From sequence record DRR378314_212: a stretch of 55,816 bases of DNA. One strand, given 5' to 3'. Made by a program: the position numbers and the translations under genes. The notes beneath the pieces were generated by a model, which ran no database searches, was not told the origin of the DNA, and was given only the letters and a program-made list of their open reading frames with translations. This document shows, in pieces, positions 28,912-38,278 of the stretch. The number at the start of each line of letters is the position of its first letter. Position 1 is the stretch's first letter.

Positions 28912-30696
28912 ATGTCAAATACCCAAACGGGTCTGTCGTTTAACGACATGGCCTTACCTAGTGCTGTGCTTGAACAATTAAACGCAATGCAGTTTTTAAC
29001 TCCGACTCCTATTCAGTTACAGGCTATTCCTGCGTTGCTGGAAGGGCAAGACGTGCTGGGCGAAGCTCAGACAGGTACCGGTAAAACTGCTGCATTTGGT
29101 CTGCCTGCACTGGCAAAAATTGATGCGTCGGTTAAGCAAACTCAAGTATTAGTCGTAACTCCAACTCGTGAGCTGGCTATTCAGGTAGCTGAAGCACTTG
29201 AAGGCTTTGCTGCGAAAATGCGTGGCGTTGGCGTAGCAACCGTTTACGGTGGTGCACCGTTTGGTCCTCAGGTTAAAGCCCTGAAGCAGGGAACCGCTAT
29301 TGTTGTTGGTACCCCGGGTCGTCTTATCGACTTATTGAATAAAAACGTCCTGCAATTAGACGGCTTGAAAGTGGGCGTTCTGGATGAAGCTGATGAAATG
29401 CTTAACATGGGTTTCATTGAAGACATCGAAACCATTTTGAAGGCTGTACCTAGTACGGCGCAACGCGCATTATTCTCAGCAACTATGCCGAATGCAATTC
29501 GCAAACTGGCAAAAACCTTCCTGAAAGATCCGCTGAACATTCAGATTGAAGCTATTGCCCGCGAAAAAGCGACCATTAAGCAGAAAGCCTGGAAAGTTCA
29601 GGGCATGACTAAAATGACCGCTCTGACTCGATTGTTAGAAGTGACTCCGTATCAGCGCGCACTGATTTTCGTACGTACCCGTCAGGATACGATGGATGTG
29701 GCTGAATTATTGCAACGCAACGGATTTAAAGCGGCGCCATTAAGCGGTGACTTGAACCAGGCTCAGCGTGAGCAGACTGTCAGTCAGTTACGTAGTGGAC
29801 ACATCGAAATTCTGGTAGGGACCGACGTTGTTGCTCGAGGCTTAGACGTTCCTGAAATTACGCACGTTATTAACTATGACTTACCAAGCGATACTGAATC
29901 TTATGTTCACCGTATTGGACGTACTGGTCGTGCGGGCCGTACTGGTGAAGCGATTCTTTTCTTCCGTGCAAAAGAACGTCATTTGTTGCGTCACTATGAG
30001 CGCTTAACCAATGCACCGGTTGAGTTCTTTGAAGTACCAAACGCAAATGAACTGAGCAAGTACCGTCAGCAACAATTGTTAGAGAAGTTGCAGGCGTCAC
30101 TGGCTCCTGAAACTGCAAGCGCCGATAAGCCTAAGCTAGAGAAACTGTTAGGCGAGTGGCTGGAACAGTCAGAGTTAAGTGCTGAAGAAATTGCTTTAGC
30201 GTTATTGGCTCAGCATAATGAGCAGCGCCCGTTGTTCCTGAAAGAAGACCGTCCGGTACGTGAAGCACGCAACGAGCGTAGTGAACGTTCAGGTCGTAAT
30301 GAACGCAGTGACCGTGGCGATAAGCGTAAACCTCGTGCCGAACGTGGTGGTCGTGCAGCGGATGTCGATTTTGAAACCTACAAAATTCAGGTAGGCCGTG
30401 AGCACGGCGCTCGTCCGGGTGACATCGTTGGGGCTATTGCTAACGAAGCATCAATGGACAGCAAGTATATTGGGCAAATTCAGTTGTTTGATAATCATTC
30501 TTTAGTGCAGCTACCAAAAGGTATGCCAAAAGACATTATGCACGTACTGAAAAAAGCTCGTGTGCGTCAACAGCCTATGGGTCTGGAACTAAGTGATGAG
30601 CAAGTTAAACGTGCGCCACGCCCACCGCGTGACCGCGATGCTCGTGGCGGACCTAAGCGCAACTCCGGTAAGGGCGCTGCGCGTCGTTTTAGTTAA
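28912..30696 (+). CDS. deaD: Cold-shock DEAD-box RNA helicase DeaD/CsdA
   Basis: AQTGTGKT, PTRELA, DEAD, SAT, HRIGRTGRAG and a C-terminal DbpA-type RNA-binding domain (PGDIVGAIANE). Confidence 0.93.
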   Translation: MSNTQTGLSFNDMALPSAVLEQLNAMQFLTPTPIQLQAIPALLEGQDVLGEAQTGTGKTAAFGLPALAKIDASVKQTQVLVVTPTRELAIQVAEALEGFAAKMRGVGVATVYGGAPFGPQVKALKQGTAIVVGTPGRLIDLLNKNVLQLDGLKVGVLDEADEMLNMGFIEDIETILKAVPSTAQRALFSATMPNAIRKLAKTFLKDPLNIQIEAIAREKATIKQKAWKVQGMTKMTALTRLLEVTPYQRALIFVRTRQDTMDVAELLQRNGFKAAPLSGDLNQAQREQTVSQLRSGHIEILVGTDVVARGLDVPEITHVINYDLPSDTESYVHRIGRTGRAGRTGEAILFFRAKERHLLRHYERLTNAPVEFFEVPNANELSKYRQQQLLEKLQASLAPETASADKPKLEKLLGEWLEQSELSAEEIALALLAQHNEQRPLFLKEDRPVREARNERSERSGRNERSDRGDKRKPRAERGGRAADVDFETYKIQVGREHGARPGDIVGAIANEASMDSKYIGQIQLFDNHSLVQLPKGMPKDIMHVLKKARVRQQPMGLELSDEQVKRAPRPPRDRDARGGPKRNSGKGAARRFS

Positions 30697-31229
30697 TTAG
30701 CGTCTCTTAACTCGGCCGGATGATCAACAATGATCATCTGGTCGATGTCATATCCCCACTCATGAGCCTTGGCTAAAGCGTAATCAATATCTGCCTGAGA
30801 AACATCAGGACTTCTCGATAAAAACCAGAAATACTCGTGTGAGTCGCTGGTTACTATAGCCTGCTGATAATCACCACCTAACCAACTTACGTAATATCCG
30901 CCATAAAAGGGCCAGAAGAAGGTGACCTGATATGCGGCCTCCATGTTTTCGACTGGCTCAGCCAGCCCAATAGCGGTTTGCCATTCTTCATTTTGGGTGT
31001 GATAACCCCGGTTGGTCACTTCCAGTGTGCCATCACCATTTAAGCGATACTCTGCCGTAACACCCTGCAAGCCTTCTTCAAAGCTGTGTGGCATGCGGAC
31101 TATTTCGTACCATTTCCCCAGGTAACGCTCGGCTTCAAAGTCGTCAACAACTTCGGCTACCGGTGTTGGTTGAGAGTTACAGGCACTCAGTAGAAAGGTA
31201 AAAAGTAATGACACCATCCATTTTTTCAT
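30693..31229 (-). CDS. blc: Outer-membrane lipoprotein lipocalin (Blc)
   Basis: Lipobox LSAC, RYLGKWYEI, VTFFWPFYGGY, WFLSRSP. Confidence 0.88.
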   Translation of the reverse strand: MKKWMVSLLFTFLLSACNSQPTPVAEVVDDFEAERYLGKWYEIVRMPHSFEEGLQGVTAEYRLNGDGTLEVTNRGYHTQNEEWQTAIGLAEPVENMEAAYQVTFFWPFYGGYYVSWLGGDYQQAIVTSDSHEYFWFLSRSPDVSQADIDYALAKAHEWGYDIDQMIIVDHPAELRDAN

Positions 31230-31240
31230 TGTGCTTCCTT

Positions 31241-32797
31241 TTATAACTCGTTGATATTATCTAAATAAGTTTCGGCTTGTTTCATTAACGCCTGCTGTTC
31301 TTCGTCGGTTTTTTTATTCCAGACCTGATACATCATGCTCATTCTGTGATTGTCTTTAAAGCGTTCTTTATGACGTTCAATAAAATGCCAGTACAGGCTA
31401 TTAAAAGGACAGGCTTTTTCGCCGGTTTTCTTCTTCGGATCATAATAGCACTCTTTACAATAGTGCCCCATTTTTTGCATATAGTTGGCACTGGCAATGT
31501 AGGGCTTGGTTGCTATTAGCCCACCGTCGGCATACTGACTCATGCCGCGAGTATTGGGTAGTTCTACCCACTCAATGGCATCAATATAAATACCAAGATA
31601 CCAGTCATCCAAAGCGTCCGGTGATACGCTGGCCAGCAGAGCGAAATTTCCGGTTACCATTAACCGCTGTATGTGATGGGCGTAGGCATAGTCTAACGAC
31701 TGCTTAACGGCGTAATGCAAACATGCCATTTTGGTATTGGCAGTCCAGTAAAACTCCGGTAGCGGTCTGGTGTGGTTAAGTGCGTTAAGATTTTTATAGT
31801 CGGGCATATGCGCCCAGTAAATACCCCTTACAAACTCTCGCCAGCCAATAATTTGCCGACAGAAGCCTTCAATTTGGGCTAGGGAAATGGTGTCTTTGTT
31901 TTTCGACCAGGCATCAATAGCAGCGTTAACCACTTCTAACGGATGCAGCATTTTGGTGTTGAGAGAAAATGAAAGCCTTGAATGATAAAGACTCCAGTGA
32001 GCTTCCCCAACGTTATTTTCGGTTGCCATGGTGTCCTGATAACGACCAAAATCAGGAAGTCCGAATTGACAAAAATGTTCAAGCAACTGTTTAGACTGTT
32101 TTCGGCTAACCGGCCATATCAGGTGAGCCGCGTTCGCTTGTCCCATGGTTTTAACGTCACCGTCGTGCAGCAACTCATCAATATCCGATACGTCATTGGA
32201 GAAGGTTAAAGGCGGCTCTAGGTCATGATTTGCCGGAATCTTTTTCTGGTTTTCTTTATCGTAATTCCAGCGGCCACCAGTCGGACGTCCTCCCTCCATT
32301 AGAATATCGTATTGCTTACGTACCCTTCGGTAGAAGGTTTCCATTAAGTAGTTTTCGCTATTGGGGAAATACTCTTTTAGCGAGTTGCGGCCGGTAAGAA
32401 AGTGCTCTGTATCAAACCAGTTTAAATGAATGTTATTGGCGCCGGCCCAGCTTTTCAGTTGATGATCGAGCCGGTATTCGTCGGGTTGCTGACATTCCAG
32501 AGTGGTCACTTTGTACTTTTTCATTAACTGCTGAAGGTTCTGAGTCAGGCTTTGTTCATTAGTATCATCATCAAGTTTTATATAGTTTACCTGATGTCCT
32601 GCCGTGTTCAGAGCGTTACCGAAAGCCCGCATCGCTGCGAAAAAAGCTAATACTTTTTGCCGATGGTGAACAACGTAATCAGTTTCTTGTTTGAGCTCCA
32701 TCATTACATAAAGTACACCCGCGTCCTTTTCTCTGAACCACGAATGTCTGGCATTGAGTTGGTCGCCAAGTATGAGTCGTAGAGTATGAATTTTCAT
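31241..32797 (-). CDS. FeS-cluster bacterial cryptochrome/photolyase (FeS-BCP; PhrB/CryB-like (6-4) photolyase)
   Basis: LILGDQL, GGRWNYDKEN, RQIIGWREF, AHHIQRLMV, WVELPNT; four Cys for an FeS cluster (MACL, YCKEC, ACPF). Confidence 0.88.
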   Translation of the reverse strand: MKIHTLRLILGDQLNARHSWFREKDAGVLYVMMELKQETDYVVHHRQKVLAFFAAMRAFGNALNTAGHQVNYIKLDDDTNEQSLTQNLQQLMKKYKVTTLECQQPDEYRLDHQLKSWAGANNIHLNWFDTEHFLTGRNSLKEYFPNSENYLMETFYRRVRKQYDILMEGGRPTGGRWNYDKENQKKIPANHDLEPPLTFSNDVSDIDELLHDGDVKTMGQANAAHLIWPVSRKQSKQLLEHFCQFGLPDFGRYQDTMATENNVGEAHWSLYHSRLSFSLNTKMLHPLEVVNAAIDAWSKNKDTISLAQIEGFCRQIIGWREFVRGIYWAHMPDYKNLNALNHTRPLPEFYWTANTKMACLHYAVKQSLDYAYAHHIQRLMVTGNFALLASVSPDALDDWYLGIYIDAIEWVELPNTRGMSQYADGGLIATKPYIASANYMQKMGHYCKECYYDPKKKTGEKACPFNSLYWHFIERHKERFKDNHRMSMMYQVWNKKTDEEQQALMKQAETYLDNINEL

Positions 32798-32829
32798 AAA
32801 CAGTGAGGAGTTAGGGTTGATAGCTTCAT

Positions 32830-32855
32830 TACGTTCTATTCAGGGATTCAGATCG
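32830..32855 (-). promoter_or_regulatory. Candidate ChrR-type sigmaE (ECF11) promoter for the photolyase-lipocalin operon
   Basis: Minus strand CGATCT-N16-CGTA versus TGATCC-N16-CGTA, 33 bp upstream of the photolyase ATG. Confidence 0.6.
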
Positions 32856-32916
32856 GCATACCTAAATGCCCCAAAATATGGCATTATGCGCGGTAGTTTC
32901 AGATTCAGGAGCAGTT

Positions 32917-33693
32917 ATGAACCAGGCAGCGGGTAACGAGAATTCATCAGAGCAAAAACCGGTCAATGTCATTTGCATTAAATGGGGTAAAAAATATGGC
33001 CCCGATTACGTCAATACATTGCATTCAATGGTCAGTCGCCACCTTAGTCGGCCGTTCCGTTTCGTCTGTTTTACCGATGATTTTGAGGGTATCAATGACG
33101 ACATTGAAGTAAAAGCTATTCCTAAAATTGGCTTTAAAGACTTTGATGAACAAGTTCCGTGGACAAAAGGTCACGGCTGGTTAAAGCTTACCTGCTTTGC
33201 GAACCCGCTTTATGATCTTGAAGGCCCGACTTTATTCCTGGATCTGGATATTATTATTGTTGGTAGTCTGGACGAGTTCTTTGAGCCGGAAGGTGAGTTT
33301 ATGGTGATCAAAGAGTGGGATAAATCTGACGCTACCGGGAATACATCGGTATTTCGTTTTGATATTGGCGCTCATGAAGACGCGTTAGAGCATCTGAAAA
33401 AAGATCCGAAAGCGGCTATCGCTGACGTACGAAATGAGCAGGAATATATTACCCATTTTGTCGATCGCCAAAACAAGCTGACGTACTGGCCGGAAAAGTG
33501 GTGTCGTAGCTTTAAGCGCCATTGTCTGCGTCCGTTTCCACTTAGCTTCTTTCAGGAACCGCGTATTCCGGAAGAAGCAAAAGTTATTATTTTCCACGGC
33601 AAGCCGCATCCGGATGACGCGTTGGAAGGCCGAAGCGGCAAGTGGTACCGTAAGGTTCTGCCAACCAAGTGGATAGCCGAATACTGGCGTTAA
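32917..33693 (+). CDS. Uncharacterised GT-A-fold glycosyltransferase-like protein
   Basis: VICIKWGKKY, FVCFTDD, DxD motif LFLDLDII, NEQEY, IIFHGKPHP; ATG 32917 has an AGGAG SD. Confidence 0.7.
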   Translation: MNQAAGNENSSEQKPVNVICIKWGKKYGPDYVNTLHSMVSRHLSRPFRFVCFTDDFEGINDDIEVKAIPKIGFKDFDEQVPWTKGHGWLKLTCFANPLYDLEGPTLFLDLDIIIVGSLDEFFEPEGEFMVIKEWDKSDATGNTSVFRFDIGAHEDALEHLKKDPKAAIADVRNEQEYITHFVDRQNKLTYWPEKWCRSFKRHCLRPFPLSFFQEPRIPEEAKVIIFHGKPHPDDALEGRSGKWYRKVLPTKWIAEYWR

Positions 33694-33698
33694 ATGAT

Positions 33699-35684
33699 AT
33701 GCAATTGTGGATCTACGGAGTATTAATACGGCTGGTCACTCCAGCCGTTTTTGTCTGGTTGTGGCTACGCGGCGGAAAAGACAGTCGCTACCGTCAGAAC
33801 TGGTCAGAACGGCTTGCGCTGGGCTCTGTTGATAAAAAACAGCACGGCTGTTTGGTTATTCATAGTGTTTCCGTTGGTGAAACCTTAGCGGCGAAACGGT
33901 TAATCGAGCAGCTTTTGCGTCAGGAGCCAGGTCAAAAAATACTCATTACCTGTATGACACCAACGGCCCGGGAACTTATCCAGCAGCATTTTGGCGACAC
34001 TGTTAGTTGTCGCTACTGGCCGATAGATACTCCGGGTGCCGCGAAGCGTTTTGTGCGTAAGTTTAAACCTAAAGCCGTGTGGGTAATGGAAACCGAGCTT
34101 TGGCCGCAAATGTTGAACCAATTTTCCAAAGCGAATATTCCTGTCGCATTGTTAAACGCGCGACTTTCGGCTCGCTCAGCGGCAGGTTATCGGCGTTTTC
34201 ATTGGTTGATGAAGAAGGTCTGGAAACAACTGACACTGGTTTCCGTTCAGAATAAAGAAACGGCGCGCAGAATGAAGGTTTTAGGTGTCCCCGATAGTGT
34301 GCTTTTTGTGGACGGAAACCTAAAATACGACATTGAGCTTTCTGTCACAGATATTGAGAAGGCTCTGTTGTGGCGGCAAAGCTGTGCGTCGCGACATGTG
34401 TGGCTTGCCAGTAGCAGTCATCCGGGCGAGCATGAGCTGCTGTTAGAGGCACATAAACTGATTCAACAGGACTTATCCAATTCCTGTCTTATCATTGCCC
34501 CGCGACACCCTGAGCAATTTGAGGTGGTAGCAAAAATGATACGGGAGTCCGGGCTTAAGCTTGCCCGCAGAAGCGAGAGTAATGCGATACCTGAAGATTG
34601 TGATGTCTTTCTTGCTGACAGCATGGGGGAAATGATGCTTTGGGGGCAATTAGCCTCAGCCAGCTTTGTCGGTGGCAGTATTATTGAACGAGGAGGGCAC
34701 AACCCCCTTGAAGTTATAGCTGCTGGCTCCAATGTTATGTCAGGGCGGCACCTGTTCAATTTCCCGCAAGTTTATGGTGAACTGGCAAAAGCCGGTGCCG
34801 TTCAGTGGGTTAATAATGCCGGAGAAATTAAACAAGCTGTGGAGTTGATGCAGCAGACAGCTGTCATGAAAGCGCAACATGAAGCTGCTAAAAGCGTTTT
34901 ACAAACGCACCAGGGTGCTACGTTAAGAGTATTAAAGCGGGCACTGGAATATACTCTGACAGGAAGCGGTATGATAAAAACAGAGCAGAGTCCCCAAGGG
35001 CTTATTCGCTACGACAGCGATATTTTTGAAACCATAGAAGATAAACATTTCACAGCCCAGTATTGGCAGCAACAAAAGTCAATTGCAGGAAACTCAACGG
35101 GACGCGCAACAGTCTGGTTTATTCAGCAAGGCGATTTGGGACTTTTACTGCGGCATTACTATCGTGGTGGTTTAGTTGGTAAAATTAATAAAGATCGTTT
35201 TTTACGTGAGCCGGCGGAAAAAAGCCGGGCAATTCATGAATTTGATTTGCTGCTAAAGCTGCGGGAAATTGGTTTGCCCGTTCCGCGTCCGGTAGCCGCT
35301 CGTATGGAAAAAACAGCAGTTTTTAGTTACAAAGCAGACATATTGGTGGAAGTTATTCCGGGGGCTGTCGATGTTTTTCGCTTACTGCGTGAAAAGAAAC
35401 TATCCGCGGAGCTATGGCAAAAGTTGGGAAGCGTCATTAAAGAATTGCATGATACCGGTGTCTACCATTCAGATTTAAATTGTCACAACCTTATGCTGGA
35501 TGACAAAGACAAAGCCTGGATTGTCGATTTTGACAAGTGCGATTTCCGTGAAAACGGTGACTGGAAAGAAGCTAATATCCAACGGCTATTGCGCTCTTTG
35601 CGCAAAGAAAAAGAGAAGAATGAGACTTTCTATTGGAAGGAGTCCCGTGACTGGCCAGAACTATTAACAGGCTATCGTCGTTAA
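33699..35684 (+). CDS. waaA-kdkA: Fused Kdo transferase (WaaA) - Kdo kinase (KdkA)
   Basis: WaaA motifs HSVSVGE, METELWP, NARLS, GNLKYD, APRHPE, DSMGEM and GGHNPLE continue with no stop into KdkA motifs GRATVWF, LRHYYRGGL, YHSDLNCHN and VDFDK. Confidence 0.88.
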   Translation: MQLWIYGVLIRLVTPAVFVWLWLRGGKDSRYRQNWSERLALGSVDKKQHGCLVIHSVSVGETLAAKRLIEQLLRQEPGQKILITCMTPTARELIQQHFGDTVSCRYWPIDTPGAAKRFVRKFKPKAVWVMETELWPQMLNQFSKANIPVALLNARLSARSAAGYRRFHWLMKKVWKQLTLVSVQNKETARRMKVLGVPDSVLFVDGNLKYDIELSVTDIEKALLWRQSCASRHVWLASSSHPGEHELLLEAHKLIQQDLSNSCLIIAPRHPEQFEVVAKMIRESGLKLARRSESNAIPEDCDVFLADSMGEMMLWGQLASASFVGGSIIERGGHNPLEVIAAGSNVMSGRHLFNFPQVYGELAKAGAVQWVNNAGEIKQAVELMQQTAVMKAQHEAAKSVLQTHQGATLRVLKRALEYTLTGSGMIKTEQSPQGLIRYDSDIFETIEDKHFTAQYWQQQKSIAGNSTGRATVWFIQQGDLGLLLRHYYRGGLVGKINKDRFLREPAEKSRAIHEFDLLLKLREIGLPVPRPVAARMEKTAVFSYKADILVEVIPGAVDVFRLLREKKLSAELWQKLGSVIKELHDTGVYHSDLNCHNLMLDDKDKAWIVDFDKCDFRENGDWKEANIQRLLRSLRKEKEKNETFYWKESRDWPELLTGYRR

Positions 35685-35696
35685 GCTTTAAGCCAT

Positions 35697-35738
35697 AAAA
35701 AAAGCCCCGGCCACTAAGTGAAGTGACCGGGGCTTTTT
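35697..35738. terminator. Bidirectional intrinsic terminator between waaA-kdkA and proA
   Basis: A7-gccccgg-c-cact..agtg-a-ccggggc-T5. Confidence 0.88.
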
Positions 35739-35756
35739 AATGCGCTAAGCACTGAA

Positions 35757-37010
35757 TTAGTCGCGAACCTGACCGTTACCGGTCACCACGAATTTTTCAG
35801 TTGTTAGTGCCTCAAGACCCATTGGTCCATAAGCGTGCAGCTTACTGGTGGAGATACCAATTTCAGCACCCAGACCTAACTGGCCGCCATCAGAGAAGCG
35901 AGAAGAGACATTTGCCATAGTAACGGCTGAATCTACTTCACGAATGAAACGCTTAGCGGTTTCATCGTTTTCAGTGATAATAACTTCGGTATGACCGCTA
36001 CCAAACTCCTGAATATGCTCAATAGCACCTTCGTAGTTGTCGACGGTGCGAACCGCAATCTCAAGAGCCAGGTATTCTTCACCAAAAGCATCGTCTGCAA
36101 TCTCATCAGCGCCATCAAAGTAGCTTACGGAACGCTTATCGGCGTGGATGGTTACGTCTTTTTCAGCAAGAGCTTTAGCAGCCATAGGCAAGAACTTATC
36201 AGCAACGTCCTGATGAACCAGTAGACCTTCGAGCGCATTACAAACGCCGGTACGCTGAGTTTTACCGTTAAGCAAAATAGCCAGAGCTTTATCAAGGTCT
36301 GCATCTTTATCAACGTATAGATGACAAACGCCTTTATAATGCTGAATGACCGGAATCTTACTGGTGTCACTAACGAAGTGAATCAAGCCTTCACCGCCGC
36401 GAGGAATAACCAGATCGATATAGTCTTTCTGTTGCAGAAGTTCAGTCATCAGTTCGCGGTCAGGTGTTGGTACCACGGTAATGACATCTTTCGGCAGGTT
36501 GCTGGCTTCTAAGGCTTCGTGCAGCGCTTCAGCAATGGCTTTACTGCTCTCAATGGCTTCCCGGCCACAACGTAAAATTACTGCGTTACCAGACTTAAAG
36601 CATAGCGCTCCAGCGTCAGCTGTGACATTCGGACGTGCTTCATAAATCATGCAGATAACGCCGAGAGGAATACGCATTTTCTCAATTTTCATGCCGTTAG
36701 GGCGCTCATCGAGAACGTAGCTGTCGCCGACAGGATCTTTCAATGCAATGATCTCTTCAATGGCAGAAGCCATGCCTTCGACACGCTCTGGCGTTAATTC
36801 CAGGCGATCCATCATAGCGTCGCTTAGGCCTTTTTCTTTGCCTGTGGCCAAATCTTTTTTATTTACTTCAATAATCTTATCCTGACGTGCGCGAATAGCG
36901 TCAGCCATTTTTTGAAGTACGGCGTTTTTGTCCGTTTCCGATAAGGTTGCTACAGCGCGTGCCGCTTTTGCGGCGCGTTGCGAAATTTCTTTTGCTAGTT
37001 GCTGGCTCAT
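35757..37010 (-). CDS. proA: Gamma-glutamyl phosphate reductase
   Basis: PLGVICMIYEARPNVT, VIPRGGEGLI, VCNALE, SRFSDGGQLGLGAEIGIST, GPMGL. Confidence 0.95.
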   Translation of the reverse strand: MSQQLAKEISQRAAKAARAVATLSETDKNAVLQKMADAIRARQDKIIEVNKKDLATGKEKGLSDAMMDRLELTPERVEGMASAIEEIIALKDPVGDSYVLDERPNGMKIEKMRIPLGVICMIYEARPNVTADAGALCFKSGNAVILRCGREAIESSKAIAEALHEALEASNLPKDVITVVPTPDRELMTELLQQKDYIDLVIPRGGEGLIHFVSDTSKIPVIQHYKGVCHLYVDKDADLDKALAILLNGKTQRTGVCNALEGLLVHQDVADKFLPMAAKALAEKDVTIHADKRSVSYFDGADEIADDAFGEEYLALEIAVRTVDNYEGAIEHIQEFGSGHTEVIITENDETAKRFIREVDSAVTMANVSSRFSDGGQLGLGAEIGISTSKLHAYGPMGLEALTTEKFVVTGNGQVRD

Positions 37011-38122
37011 GAATCCTCCAAAATCATTAGATCGTCGCGGTGAATAACTTCCGTAATTGGGCTATAGCCAAATTTTTCCGCTATATCTTCCGTTTGCTGC
37101 CCTTTAATATGCATCAGTTCATGTGCGCTGTACTGACAAATACCTTTTGCGATAGCGTCAGTATCGTTGGCGCTGCGAACCAGCACGGCGTCACCGCGAT
37201 CAAAGTCACCTTGTACATCAACAATGCCTGAACTCAGTAGTGAGGCACCGTTCTCAATTAATGCTTTCTCAGCACCTTCATCAACCAATATTTCACCCTG
37301 GGCAACCAGAGTATGTCTTAACCAATGTTTTTTATTGCTAATTGGATCAGATTGGCGACGGAATAATGTGCCGGGGATGTCCCCCTGTAGTAACGATTCA
37401 AAAGTTTCACCCTTACGACCGTTAACTATGTAAGTATCGATACCGTGTGAAGTAGCTTTTTCTGCCGCCTCAACTTTAGTGCGCATTCCCCCGGTACCGA
37501 CGGAACTTACTGAACCACCGGCAAGCGAATAAATGCTTTCGTCAATTTGTTCAACCACCGGTATTTTTTTCGCGTCCGGATTCAGGTTTGGATCTGAGTC
37601 ATACAGACCGTCGATGTCTGAACAAATAAACAGCGCGTCGGCATCAACCAAAGTCGCGATCATGGCCGACAAGTTGTCGTTATCACCCACTTTCATTTCG
37701 TCAGTAGCAAGAGCATCGTTCTCATTTACCACAGGTAAAATGTCGTGCTCTAACAATCTGTTTAGGGTGTTTTTAATGCTGACGTAGCGAGCTCGGTCGC
37801 GTAAGTCACTGTGGGTCATAAGCAACTGGGCGCAGGGGGAATCGAAAAAGCGTGACCAGTAACCCATCATTTCATTTTGACCGACTGCGGACATCGCTTT
37901 ACGCACAGCAACCGGTACTTTCTTGTGTTCAAAGTTAAAATGTTTGCGGCCGGCAGCAACGCTGCCTGACGAGACTAAGACAACTTCTTGCCCGCGTTCT
38001 CGGCACTCGTTAATAAAACGAGCTATGGGTAATAGGTATTTGGTGCTAACCCCAGTTTCATCTGGCGCGATGAGCGCACTCCCCACTTTCAGTACGGCTC
38101 TTCGCCAGGATGGCGCTTTCAT
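37007..38122 (-). CDS. proB: Glutamate 5-kinase with PUA domain
   Basis: VLKVGSA, VSSGSVAAG, VNENDA, GDNDNLSA, GTGGMRTKV and C-terminal IHRDDL. Confidence 0.95.
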   Translation of the reverse strand: MKAPSWRRAVLKVGSALIAPDETGVSTKYLLPIARFINECRERGQEVVLVSSGSVAAGRKHFNFEHKKVPVAVRKAMSAVGQNEMMGYWSRFFDSPCAQLLMTHSDLRDRARYVSIKNTLNRLLEHDILPVVNENDALATDEMKVGDNDNLSAMIATLVDADALFICSDIDGLYDSDPNLNPDAKKIPVVEQIDESIYSLAGGSVSSVGTGGMRTKVEAAEKATSHGIDTYIVNGRKGETFESLLQGDIPGTLFRRQSDPISNKKHWLRHTLVAQGEILVDEGAEKALIENGASLLSSGIVDVQGDFDRGDAVLVRSANDTDAIAKGICQYSAHELMHIKGQQTEDIAEKFGYSPITEVIHRDDLMILEDS

Positions 38123-38278
38123 AGAGACTCCCTTTTGTTGAATTCGTTAGTAGTCTAACAGATTGGCTGTCTAAGCTCCAGCGAGGCTCATAAGCCATAC
38201 CTATTGTCAATATATTAGACAATAATTTCGATTTACAAGAAAAAAGAGTCAAGTCCGGAAATTCGTTAATGTAATGCA

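Noticed and set aside
28556..28918. 120-aa minus-strand ORF spanning the gabD-deaD intergenic region
   Set aside because: It has no recognisable motifs and overlaps the deaD promoter, leader and start; most likely a shadow ORF.
30268..30320. RNERSERSGRNERSDR repeat in DeaD, and the PEPR repeats in OmpA at ~40268-40330
   Set aside because: These are ordinary low-complexity linkers of these families; the DNA is not an exact tandem repeat or array.
38220..38237. TTTACA upstream of proB as a TyrR box
   Set aside because: Only one half-site is present; the matching TGTAAA is missing.
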